IMG/VR virus record: IMGVR_UViG_3300046323_000360 | Coordinates: 32,192 to 96,191 of that record | From: a virus | Strand: one strand, 5' to 3' | Length of the DNA stretch: 64,000 bases | Shown: one piece after another, positions 17,629-26,601 of the stretch | Numbering within the stretch: position 1 is the first letter of the stretch | Layout: each line of letters opens with the position of its first letter | The notes under the pieces: model-generated | The model's input: only the letters and a program-made list of their open reading frames with translations | What the model was told of the DNA's origin: nothing | The model's database searches: none | Program-made: the position numbers and the translations under genes

Positions 17629-20550
17629 TTATAAGATGTCTTTCTTTCTAACTTGAAGAATACCTCTATTTAATACTACAAAATAGCTTACTCCACCGCT
17701 GCCGCCATCTACTTCTATTGCATCGTATCCGGCTAGTGCATAGTAACTAGATGCTTTATTTATAGGTAGATCCGAGACTAACCCTCTAGCTCTGGAAATA
17801 ACATCTGAACTAGCTTCATCCGTGCCTGGATCTAATTCATTAGCGATCAATGATCGCATCATCTGATCTAGGGCATCCCTAAGTACAGATTCATTAGGCA
17901 TATTTGAATCTTTAGAAAACCCTAATCTTCCTCTACCTAGAACTGCGACTTTAGCCTTAGGATCTATTGCCATCTCTAGTATTACGCTTCCGTATCCTCT
18001 AGCTTCTGCAGATGTGCCGGCAGTATAAGTACCATCACCGTACGCAGTGGTAGTCGAGTAGTATGATGGAGTTGATCCAGTTGCAAATGCCCTGTGTAGA
18101 TCTTTCCCGGAATAGTGAGTACCGTCAGTTGTAGCTGCATTTACTCCACGGAATACCGTAGACCATCCTGGAGTAAAATCATCCACTAGCTGAGGCTTAT
18201 TACTACCAAATCCAAGAATTCTTCCGAGCCTTTGAGCTGTTCTAGATCCGAATATAGTGCCTGGTCCATATTTAGTTCTATCCATTTCAGGATAGTTAGC
18301 CGAGTTATTCTCTGCTAGAACTGTGTCTATCAATGACAATGCAGCTTGACCAAAGGCATCCTTGAACTTCTGTCTCCAAGCAGTACTTTTCTTACCCTTA
18401 GCATATCCATAAGACTCTAGTAGATTCTCAAACCAAGCTGCTCCATTTCCGGATGCAACCATCTGAGCAAATAACTCCGCAAAATTCTCTGCAGGGCTAG
18501 CTGCTCCTCTAGTGCTTACATCTGGAACAGGATTATCAGTTGCTGATTTATCACTAGAGGTACTAGCCTTGGCCTGCACCTGATCACCTGTTAGACCGTA
18601 TCTTCCAAGAATATAATCTCTTCTTTTTTGAAGAGTACCCTTTAGAGAACTAGCTACTGTAGGGTCAGTAATTATCGAGTCAACTATTGTAGAGATATCA
18701 GAATCAGCTAGTTTTAGAAGACGCTTAGCACTGTCAGTCTGGTCCTGCTGAGACATCGAGCTAAATAAGCGTACTGCGCCAGAGTTTGTACCGCCGCTAG
18801 TGAATGTACCTAGCTCGGTTACTGAGTCTCCAAAACTACTACCCTTTGCATCTCCCCTAGCTCGGTAGAGTAGTGCTCCTCCAACATCAATTCTAACAGG
18901 GTTTCCATTTGCGTCGGTGACAATATTATTGTTATACGGAGCGTCCCAGTTGCCTAGGAATGCATCTACAGCAAAACCCTCCTGAACTTTCTTCAGGTAG
19001 GCTGCATCATTATTTACCTTGGCATCAAAGTTTTCTTGGACTCCTGCAACATACTCTGCATATGTTGCAGCTCTTCCATTTATATTTGCAGGAAGTATAT
19101 CTGCAGTATCTATACCAAGAAACTTATATAGAGCTGATGCAAGTCTCTCATTTTGACCATGAAGCTCTGTCTTTTGGAATTTTGCATATACTTTAGTTCC
19201 AGTAGTAGGGTCTTGCCATGTTCCACCTGGGTTTGATCCCTGAGCACCTCCAACATTATTCCATGAAGATAGGTCAGTCGGTGTTGACTGGGCAGCCGCT
19301 ATATTATTAGCATCATCACTAGGTCCAGCTGTATTTAGAGTAGAGTCTGCTACAGATGTAGATGAAGATTCTGGTGCAGCATTGTAGAATTTGTGAAGAT
19401 CTGAACCAATCCTCTTTGAATTCTGAGAGCCATAGAGCTTCTCGGATAGTTGATGACCTACCTCGTGAGCTATGAAATGTTTATAAGCCTCTTGCTTATT
19501 GCTAAAGGATGTAGACCAATATCCAGGATGCCCCTTTGCAATTGATATCTGGTCAGATACCTTATCCACATATATGTGAATTGCATCTGCGTTATCGTAG
19601 GTGAATCCAATGGTATTGCCATCTACACCAGAAATTCCAGCAGGTAAGGCGCTACTATTGTCGAGAAGGTGTACTCGTACTTTTTCTTTGTAAAGCCCGC
19701 CTTCTCTTAGAGCGCCAAGAGCAGCAGAGGTGGCAGCAAAGTCTTCATGAGAAGCTTTAGGACTTAGTTTTCCAGTTCCATCTACAGCCATATGAACAAC
19801 AACAATGTTGCCCGTATTTGCATCAGTTACTTCGATGTGAGCCGTTTTTTGGTCTGATACTTTACTCTTAAGGCTATCTATAGTGGTTAGCTGAGCTTTA
19901 TATAAGGCTTCTGGGCGTGATACACCATTATTTGTGAAAGCATCGAATATGTCATTCTTTATGGAATCAGCATGAGCCTTAGCACCCTTAATATCCCATG
20001 ATCCGGAAACTCCAGCATAGAGAGGTCTAAGATCGGGAAGAGCATCTCTGTAGTCTATAATAGCAGCGTCATATGATTGAGATATATTTACTGGGGTAGT
20101 TCCAGTTCTAGCCTTATTACGGAACCTAGCGTTAATCATAGCTACACTCTTAGGATCTAGAAATCCATCTGAAACGTAGTTATGAGGTGTATAAGAATTA
20201 GCTGGATCCAAACTATCTAGCTGGAAATTCATCAAATCAATGATGGCATTCTTATATGCTTCGGTATCGTTATTTTGTCTAGCAAGGCGGGTAGCCTGTA
20301 TTAGTTCACTTAGCTTAGCGCTATCGTGCCCTGCAGGAATATTACTGTATACATTATCTTCTAAATCAGACAAAGATTTCCAAGAAGAATCTAGCTCAAC
20401 TCTAGATGGGGCTGACACAGTAGTTGCACTAGAGCCGTCAGATCCCTTAACCTTGAGCTGACGCAGTCCAGATAAGTCGAACTGTCTTCCAGGTGGCGTG
20501 CTCGGGGCTGGAGACCCTGGGGTAGCCCCAGGACCCGCAGCCCTATTTAT
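17629..20550 (-). CDS. polyvalent effector: zincin metallopeptidase + PI3K/HipA-like kinase + ADP-ribosyltransferase-like domain, probably made as the -1 frameshift extension of 20547..23459
   Basis: HEVGH and ENFAELFA; GSNPGG..YAK..NERLASALY..DAFLGNWD..NI..RIDVGG; FRG..YGDGTY..GYDAI..YFVVLNR. The frame is open from 20550 and no RBS precedes the GTG at 20418. Confidence 0.72.
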   Translation of the reverse strand: MNRAAGPGATPGSPAPSTPPGRQFDLSGLRQLKVKGSDGSSATTVSAPSRVELDSSWKSLSDLEDNVYSNIPAGHDSAKLSELIQATRLARQNNDTEAYKNAIIDLMNFQLDSLDPANSYTPHNYVSDGFLDPKSVAMINARFRNKARTGTTPVNISQSYDAAIIDYRDALPDLRPLYAGVSGSWDIKGAKAHADSIKNDIFDAFTNNGVSRPEALYKAQLTTIDSLKSKVSDQKTAHIEVTDANTGNIVVVHMAVDGTGKLSPKASHEDFAATSAALGALREGGLYKEKVRVHLLDNSSALPAGISGVDGNTIGFTYDNADAIHIYVDKVSDQISIAKGHPGYWSTSFSNKQEAYKHFIAHEVGHQLSEKLYGSQNSKRIGSDLHKFYNAAPESSSTSVADSTLNTAGPSDDANNIAAAQSTPTDLSSWNNVGGAQGSNPGGTWQDPTTGTKVYAKFQKTELHGQNERLASALYKFLGIDTADILPANINGRAATYAEYVAGVQENFDAKVNNDAAYLKKVQEGFAVDAFLGNWDAPYNNNIVTDANGNPVRIDVGGALLYRARGDAKGSSFGDSVTELGTFTSGGTNSGAVRLFSSMSQQDQTDSAKRLLKLADSDISTIVDSIITDPTVASSLKGTLQKRRDYILGRYGLTGDQVQAKASTSSDKSATDNPVPDVSTRGAASPAENFAELFAQMVASGNGAAWFENLLESYGYAKGKKSTAWRQKFKDAFGQAALSLIDTVLAENNSANYPEMDRTKYGPGTIFGSRTAQRLGRILGFGSNKPQLVDDFTPGWSTVFRGVNAATTDGTHYSGKDLHRAFATGSTPSYYSTTTAYGDGTYTAGTSAEARGYGSVILEMAIDPKAKVAVLGRGRLGFSKDSNMPNESVLRDALDQMMRSLIANELDPGTDEASSDVISRARGLVSDLPINKASSYYALAGYDAIEVDGGSGGVSYFVVLNRGILQVRKKDIL

Positions 20551-20556
20551 TTTGGG
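20505..20556 (-). promoter_or_regulatory. programmed -1 ribosomal frameshift signal
   Basis: C CCA AAA heptamer (20550-20556) right before TAA, 6-nt spacer, then GGGCTG-CGGGT-CCTGGGG-CTA-CCCCAGG-GTCTC-CAGCCC hairpin (20505-20543). Confidence 0.82.
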
Positions 20557-23459
20557 CTGCGGTTCTCGCTCTTCTCTACAACTTCAACCTGCTCATTACC
20601 ATTTTCATCGATATAGAAGACAGCTAATCCAGGGGCTCCACCATCAGCAGCAGGCACCTCTTGAGTCTCAACTACGACTCCTAGGTAGTCTCCATTTGAG
20701 CCATAAAAACTATCATTAGGCTGCAACTGGGTAACGTTTCCATCTACAGGAGCTGCTGGAGTAGCATCTGCAGCAGGAGTATTATCCACTGCTGGAGTAG
20801 CATCTGCAGCAGGGGTACCTGTATTTACTACAGGAGTTGCAGTGCTGCTATCACTAGTCTGAGTGCCACTAGAGTTAGCTGGCTTACCATTGCTTCCAAG
20901 GTATGGCTGGCTAGCATTAGGGTTAGCTGCATTAGGGTCAATAGGAGTGGTATCAGATGGCTTCTGCTCAGCAGGGGTTTCACCAGAACGCTTCTGGTTG
21001 AAGACATCTAGTGCTGGACCTAGCAGTGCTTTTCTTAGGGCTAGCTTCTCGTCCAGTTTTGCATTTGCAGTGTAGTTAGTTAGGTCTGGATTCCCGAACT
21101 CTGAGGTTGGACCAGCAGGGAACATATTACGAGTCTGTAGTAGATCTACAGAAGTACCATCAGCAAACTGCACACGAACTGTGTCGTGATACTGACCATT
21201 CTTACCGCTACCAGCATTGAATGCAATAATCTGACCTACAGAGTGGTCTTTCTCATTAGGGAAGTAGACTACCTTATCGCCAAGCTTGGCAACAGTATTT
21301 CCATCTCCATAGACATACGGGGTTCTGTTCACATCGCGAAGATCAACTTTGTTGCTCTTCATATACATGTCTAGAAGGTTTGCATAGGTGTGGAATCCCT
21401 TAGCATTACTCTGACCAGCAAATCTAGATACAATACCCTTACGTAAGGTGTCAGTCAGAAGTTTACGTGAATCAGGGCTATCTGGCATTCTTCCAAGCAG
21501 CTGAGTAATTCGCCACTTCATATCTTCGTAGTTCTTAGACTCTAGAGCATCCCAGAATGGTGATACCTGACCACGAAGTACGTTACCGAACTGGTAGCGT
21601 GGCTCACCGTCTGGACCAATACCAGTCTGCACCATGCTCATGTTAAGCTTACGGTCTGTTCCTTCTAGGAACTTACTAATATTTTCTTCAGGTGTTAGGA
21701 ATGCCCAACCGAACTTGTCGCTTCCCTTGCGGAAATACTTTAGACGTTGATTTAGGTCTTTATTAGGGCCAAAGTAAGTAGAGATTTCACGAGTAATCTT
21801 AGTTCCAGGTCTAGTCTCACCTAGAAGATGACCGCGCATCGTAAGAAGACCATTTCTCTTAGCAAAGATGCCAGCAAATGAGTCCTTATAGTCAGCTAGT
21901 TGGAAGTCCTTAACTTCACCAGTGGCTGCATCAGTAAATTTGTAGTGCTGTACAAACTGGTTTCCGTAAGTCCTAGATAGTCCCATCTCGAAGGCATACT
22001 TCTTACCAGTTACAGGGTCAGTCCACTCACTGCGCTCAAGGATGATCTTGTTGTTATCTCCCTGAACCTTAGCATCAGGGAACTTCTCTAGAATTGCGTT
22101 TACAATCGCATTAGGATCCTGAATAATCTTCTTAGGGTTATTAGGGTCGCGAACTGGTTTACCGTTCTCGTCTAGTAGGGGGGTGTTTAGTTCTAGGTCG
22201 CGGAGAGCATTATCATCTAGACCATTGGTGTTTAGGGCTACATCTCCACCGTCATCAATGCGACCCTTAGCCTTAGCAATCTCTGCTGCACTCTTCTTCT
22301 CTACTGGAGGGATAGTAGGGGCGGCCTTCTTAGGTGCAACAACAGTAGGGGTCTTCTTAGGGCTAGTTGACTTACCAAAGTGAGCCTTAACCTGGTCAAG
22401 AACTGCCTTAGCGTCATCTGAAGAAACATCTTCACCGTTGTCTAGTCTAGAGACTAGATCATCGAAGCTCTGCTTAACAGCAGGGTCAATGTTAGGGTCA
22501 TTTGCAACCTGGTCAGCAAAGTTGTCAATCTGATCAACCTGAACCTTAGTAACTGACTTGGCTGCAGGAGTTGAAGCTGGAGCAGGAGCAGCCTTCTTAG
22601 GAGCAACATTAAAGTTAGTGTTTGATGCAGCAATAGTCTTTGCTGTTGTACCATCTGCCTTAGTGAAGGTGATCTCAGAGCGACCGTTTCCTGCATCTTT
22701 GCTGGTTACATAAGTAACTATGTTGCCATTCTTGTCAACAATCTGGTCACCAGGATTAAGGTCAATAAGCTTCTTTGTCTTGGCTCCGCCATCGCTCGGC
22801 CCCTGCGCTGCATTGATTACTATATCAACGGTAGGAGTTCCACCGTTCATAGCGTCGTTCCATGCATTGGCTATTGCCTGATCATGGGAGTCACCTGGTG
22901 CAGCTGGTGTAGCTGGTGCAGGAGAACCATTAGCATCTGCAGCATCTCTAGCTTTACCTTCTGCAGAGTCTTTGTACTGAGACATCTCTTTACCCTCAGG
23001 GGTAGCAGTCCCGCCATCAGCTAGGTTTAGGTCACCAGGTGTGATGTCAGCAGTCTCTGTAGTTGCAAGATCCTGAGGCACAAGACCTCCAACATCATTA
23101 CCAAACTTATCTGCATTAGGGTCAATACCCTGAGACTTTAGATATTCAGCCGATAGCTGAGCCTTGATGGATTCCAAGCTATCAGAGTTAACGGCATAGA
23201 CGCCATCTTTGAGATTAGGATTACCCTTAATGAGGATACGAGCCTGGTCTGCGCTACCAGTTGAACCAACAACCTTACCAATCGCGCTGAACTCTTCAAC
23301 GGTTCCATCGGCACGGAGCTTCTTGAATAGAGCACGGGCTTCGGCACCCATCTCCATCCAACGCTTCTTGTGGTCACGAGGCTGGTGACGCCAGAAGCCC
23401 TTGTTAGCACCATCGTTAAATCCGATACCCGCTACGATTGGGTCAAGTTCGTTGGACAT
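20547..23459 (-). CDS. large putative virion/internal head protein (970 aa), Pro/Ala-rich linkers
   Basis: Between portal/Dps and protease; N-terminal FWRHQPRDHKKRWMEMG motif; PAADATPA repeats. Confidence 0.65.
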   Translation of the reverse strand: MSNELDPIVAGIGFNDGANKGFWRHQPRDHKKRWMEMGAEARALFKKLRADGTVEEFSAIGKVVGSTGSADQARILIKGNPNLKDGVYAVNSDSLESIKAQLSAEYLKSQGIDPNADKFGNDVGGLVPQDLATTETADITPGDLNLADGGTATPEGKEMSQYKDSAEGKARDAADANGSPAPATPAAPGDSHDQAIANAWNDAMNGGTPTVDIVINAAQGPSDGGAKTKKLIDLNPGDQIVDKNGNIVTYVTSKDAGNGRSEITFTKADGTTAKTIAASNTNFNVAPKKAAPAPASTPAAKSVTKVQVDQIDNFADQVANDPNIDPAVKQSFDDLVSRLDNGEDVSSDDAKAVLDQVKAHFGKSTSPKKTPTVVAPKKAAPTIPPVEKKSAAEIAKAKGRIDDGGDVALNTNGLDDNALRDLELNTPLLDENGKPVRDPNNPKKIIQDPNAIVNAILEKFPDAKVQGDNNKIILERSEWTDPVTGKKYAFEMGLSRTYGNQFVQHYKFTDAATGEVKDFQLADYKDSFAGIFAKRNGLLTMRGHLLGETRPGTKITREISTYFGPNKDLNQRLKYFRKGSDKFGWAFLTPEENISKFLEGTDRKLNMSMVQTGIGPDGEPRYQFGNVLRGQVSPFWDALESKNYEDMKWRITQLLGRMPDSPDSRKLLTDTLRKGIVSRFAGQSNAKGFHTYANLLDMYMKSNKVDLRDVNRTPYVYGDGNTVAKLGDKVVYFPNEKDHSVGQIIAFNAGSGKNGQYHDTVRVQFADGTSVDLLQTRNMFPAGPTSEFGNPDLTNYTANAKLDEKLALRKALLGPALDVFNQKRSGETPAEQKPSDTTPIDPNAANPNASQPYLGSNGKPANSSGTQTSDSSTATPVVNTGTPAADATPAVDNTPAADATPAAPVDGNVTQLQPNDSFYGSNGDYLGVVVETQEVPAADGGAPGLAVFYIDENGNEQVEVVEKSENRSPK

Positions 23460-23551
23460 ATGTATCCTCTACGTGATAATAGTAAATGAGTGCTAATAAA
23501 GCACTATCTCAATTTTATAGAATAATTTGAATGTTGATTTGAGTGAAGCAG

Positions 23552-23586
23552 AAAAAACTGCCCTGCTTGGTGTAAACAGGGCAGTT
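23552..23586 (-). terminator. intrinsic terminator after dps
   Basis: AACTGCCCTG-loop-CAGGGCAGTT followed by a T-run on the minus strand. Confidence 0.75.
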
Positions 23587-23593
23587 AATTTAA

Positions 23594-24130
23594 CTACTTA
23601 AGACCTAGCGTAGCCTTTAGCTGCCAGTTCCACTTTTGGTGCATGTCGATGCGCTCTGCAAGGAAATTTGCAATACCCTGCTCATTGATTCCGTTAGCTA
23701 CACTGAATGCGCTCTTTGCACAGCCAATTAGGTGACCATTCAGTTCGAATAATGACTCAATCATTTCCTTGGCGTAGCCGTCTTCAATACGTGCAATATC
23801 CTTGATACAGCTTAGAGCTTCAAAATCTCCTAGGAAATATGGAGCGTCATATCCGAGCTTAACTATGTTTTCTGCTAGAGGGTCAATAGCACCGTCCAGG
23901 TCTCCATAGATCTCTGAGAAGAAAGCGTGCATCTCCTTGAAGTCTGGTCCAGTGACATTCCAGTGGTATCCCTGCGCAATGTGGCTGAGGGCTACAGTGT
24001 CAGCCAGTAGGTGCGCAAGACTTTCTGCAAGCTCAGCTTTAGGGCTAACCTCTGGAACAACTGATTCTTCTGTTTCATACTCCTGAATAGCATCTATATC
24101 AAACTCTGGAGCGTTTACTTCTTCATACAT
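23594..24130 (-). CDS. dps: Dps-family ferritin (DNA protection during starvation)
   Basis: HWNVTGPDFKEMHAFFSEIY...IDPLAE ferroxidase signature and HQKWNWQL C-terminus. Confidence 0.92.
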   Translation of the reverse strand: MYEEVNAPEFDIDAIQEYETEESVVPEVSPKAELAESLAHLLADTVALSHIAQGYHWNVTGPDFKEMHAFFSEIYGDLDGAIDPLAENIVKLGYDAPYFLGDFEALSCIKDIARIEDGYAKEMIESLFELNGHLIGCAKSAFSVANGINEQGIANFLAERIDMHQKWNWQLKATLGLK

Positions 24131-24131
24131 A

Positions 24132-25901
24132 TTATGCCTTTGGTTCTGCTAGAGCAGGGGCTTGCCCTGCGGGTGGGGTTGTGGATTGTCCTTCTGGAGC
24201 AGCAGCTGGCTGACCTTGTAGAGCCTGTGCAAGCTCTGGTGGAATCGGCGCTACTGAGTTCTGTTGCTGAATACTCTTAGTCATGTCCATAATCTCTGGA
24301 GCCACGGCGCTAAGCATTGCTTCTGTTAGGTCCGGGGTAATTGTCCCCTTATTGATAATCAAACGAAGAGCCAGTTCCTGAGGGGTTGGGGCATCTTGGT
24401 CTGAGAATCCGTGAGCACGTCTCCAGGTCTCGTAACTGACTGCAAGCTTGTCAAATCCAGCATCTGCATCAGCAGCGCGGTCATTACGAGTTGCTACAAG
24501 GCTTGGGTCATACCAGATGTGGAGGCGGTTTACGCTCTCCTCTGGGTATCCGAGAGACTTAAGATATGGACGCAGGTATACAACTGTTAGAGCGTCAACA
24601 ATCAAAAGCATTAGAGGCTCGATGTGAGCCTTGTATAGACTCTCGTCAATCTGCATAGCATTTGAGTACTTAACATTGGCAAGTCCAGTAACGATGTCTT
24701 TTGGAACATCAAGACCCTGCATAATGCGCTCAAGAACTCGATCAGCACGAGCAACTAGGTTCTCATCGAATGAACGCTCGAACTTGAACTGCTTAATCTT
24801 GTCACCAAGTTCTGCAGGTCCACGAATAATAAGTGGAACTACGGCGCTTGCTGAGTCTTCATCCTTAATCGGAGTGGTCATTGCATCGATAAGCTGGTCT
24901 TCAAAGTCATCAGCGGCTTCTTCAGTATTGTAGACCTCGTTGTAATTACCCTCTTCATCGTAAGGGTAGTCAGGGTCAGGAGAAGATGCAACGCTTAGAC
25001 CGTCCGGAAGGTAAAGAGCTCCAGCGTTGAGGCGTGAACGTGCAGTGGCACGGAAGGTGCGGTTAAGTAGAAGTAGTTCAGCGCAGAGGTCTAGTAGACC
25101 GCGTAGCGAGCTGTCAGCCTCCTGGCTGTAGCGTGGGTGCGCCTTCCAGACGCGACCAATAAATGCGTCTTTAGGGAGTCGAATTGATCCAATAGATCCA
25201 CTTCCCAGACCGGAAGTTCCAGAAGATACTTCACGGCGAGGAACAATAACATAGTTACCTTTAGAGTCGATCTGAAGTTCATCAGTTGATCTCATGTCCC
25301 AGGTTTCTGGGAGCTGAGAGCCAATACGCTCTGGAATCTGAACTAGGTAGCATTCACCAGTAACCTGCAGGTTTAGTGCAGCATCCTTAAGAAGACCTGG
25401 CTGACCACCGTAAGCACTGCTAAGACGGTTTAGTGCACGCTCTGCAGCAGCTCCTAGGTCTGAATCAATAACTGTTGACTTATCAACTGGAATAGGTGCT
25501 TCAGCTGAACTCTCTACAACAGCAGTGTAAAGACGAATGCGTGAGACAACGCTGGCAACTAGGTTGAAGGCGTATTTGATTTCACCAATTGCGTCGTAGT
25601 ATTCCCACGCCTCTGACTGCCAGCTAGATGCAGCTGACTGACGACGTGCCTTGAAAAGCTGAGCTTCCTGAGGGTCACCAATTTTAATTTGAACTGCAGC
25701 AGCTGTCAGTGGACGTGGTGCGTTAAAAGCTTGAGGTTCTGCATATACGATTCCGAAAGAATCTACAGATACACCAGGAGCAACCTGAGTGCGGTTAGTT
25801 CCAGCAGATGCAGCACTGGCACGGAGTCTACCGTTTCCGTTAGAAACGTTACGGTTGTTGTTACCGTTTCCGTTATTAGAGTTACGTCTAAAGATACCCA
25901 A
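24132..25901 (-). CDS. portal protein
   Basis: WQSEAWEYYDAIGEIKY...SRIRLY and SAVVPLIIRGP motifs of cluster-B-type portals; downstream of TerL. Confidence 0.85.
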   Translation of the reverse strand: MGIFRRNSNNGNGNNNRNVSNGNGRLRASAASAGTNRTQVAPGVSVDSFGIVYAEPQAFNAPRPLTAAAVQIKIGDPQEAQLFKARRQSAASSWQSEAWEYYDAIGEIKYAFNLVASVVSRIRLYTAVVESSAEAPIPVDKSTVIDSDLGAAAERALNRLSSAYGGQPGLLKDAALNLQVTGECYLVQIPERIGSQLPETWDMRSTDELQIDSKGNYVIVPRREVSSGTSGLGSGSIGSIRLPKDAFIGRVWKAHPRYSQEADSSLRGLLDLCAELLLLNRTFRATARSRLNAGALYLPDGLSVASSPDPDYPYDEEGNYNEVYNTEEAADDFEDQLIDAMTTPIKDEDSASAVVPLIIRGPAELGDKIKQFKFERSFDENLVARADRVLERIMQGLDVPKDIVTGLANVKYSNAMQIDESLYKAHIEPLMLLIVDALTVVYLRPYLKSLGYPEESVNRLHIWYDPSLVATRNDRAADADAGFDKLAVSYETWRRAHGFSDQDAPTPQELALRLIINKGTITPDLTEAMLSAVAPEIMDMTKSIQQQNSVAPIPPELAQALQGQPAAAPEGQSTTPPAGQAPALAEPKA

Positions 25902-25932
25902 GGGTATTCGTTCTCCCTGCTTGCGAGGCGGG

Positions 25933-26226
25933 CTAGTCTAACTTATTAGAAATTAGCCCTATAACCGCTGATATGGACAGTACTAATGATACCACATACA
26001 TTACTGCTGGTACTAAGAAATACCCTACAGCAAACAATATGGATACATACATTCCAAAGCACCAGTTACAGGTAATCAGATAGCCGAGGAAGGTATTTGG
26101 AGGGAACTTAGACCAGATCTTCTGGCGTAGAGGTTCTGTAATAGCGTCGGTTGTTATTAAACGCGTTAGTCTAAACGCCCCTAAGGATAGAAGCAGAAAA
26201 AGAAAAGGGTCTATTACGGGAAGCAT
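25933..26226 (-). CDS. DUF1360-like membrane protein
   Basis: FRLTRLITTDAITEPLR...GYLITCNWCFGMY signature. Confidence 0.75.
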   Translation of the reverse strand: MLPVIDPFLFLLLSLGAFRLTRLITTDAITEPLRQKIWSKFPPNTFLGYLITCNWCFGMYVSILFAVGYFLVPAVMYVVSLVLSISAVIGLISNKLD

Positions 26227-26235
26227 CTTTACAGT

Positions 26236-26601
26236 CTACCCCTTTATGGAGGTTACAGTCTTGTATGGATTCCATCCGCGTAGACGTGAACCGCAACCGC
26301 AGTTTTCATCTTTTTTGAAAGCTACCATTTTTCCAGTGTCCGTAATGACTCGGTGGTCATCTGCCTTTGAGACTGGCTGGTAATAGTTCTCTCTTGTGTA
26401 AGTTTCCATGAACGCAATTACTGGACCTTGAGGACTATCGATAGCAATGAAGATATCTGTTTCGGTCATAACAACGCGAGCTGTTTGAACGTAGGTTGCA
26501 CCTTTAGTAGGTGGGTCGGATTTGAGTAGGTCAATAGTCTCTAGTTCTCCGGGAGCAATGATTGCAACGTGTGCAGGGAAAACATCTACAGTGATTCGCA
26601 T
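26236..26601 (-). CDS. hypothetical protein (CGCG motif)
   Basis: Start overlaps the TerL stop; C-terminal NCGCGSRLRGWNP. Confidence 0.65.
   Translation of the reverse strand: MRITVDVFPAHVAIIAPGELETIDLLKSDPPTKGATYVQTARVVMTETDIFIAIDSPQGPVIAFMETYTRENYYQPVSKADDHRVITDTGKMVAFKKDENCGCGSRLRGWNPYKTVTSIKG

Noticed and set aside
20419-20546. Pseudogene or simple sequencing frameshift between the 970- and 929-aa ORFs
   Set aside because: A canonical heptamer, correct spacer and strong hairpin at exactly the junction favour programmed recoding, though reads should be checked
20544-20553. AAAATAAATA in the frameshift loop matching the core of the cassette motif
   Set aside because: Only 10 AT-rich bases, constrained by the slippery site and stop codon; likely coincidence
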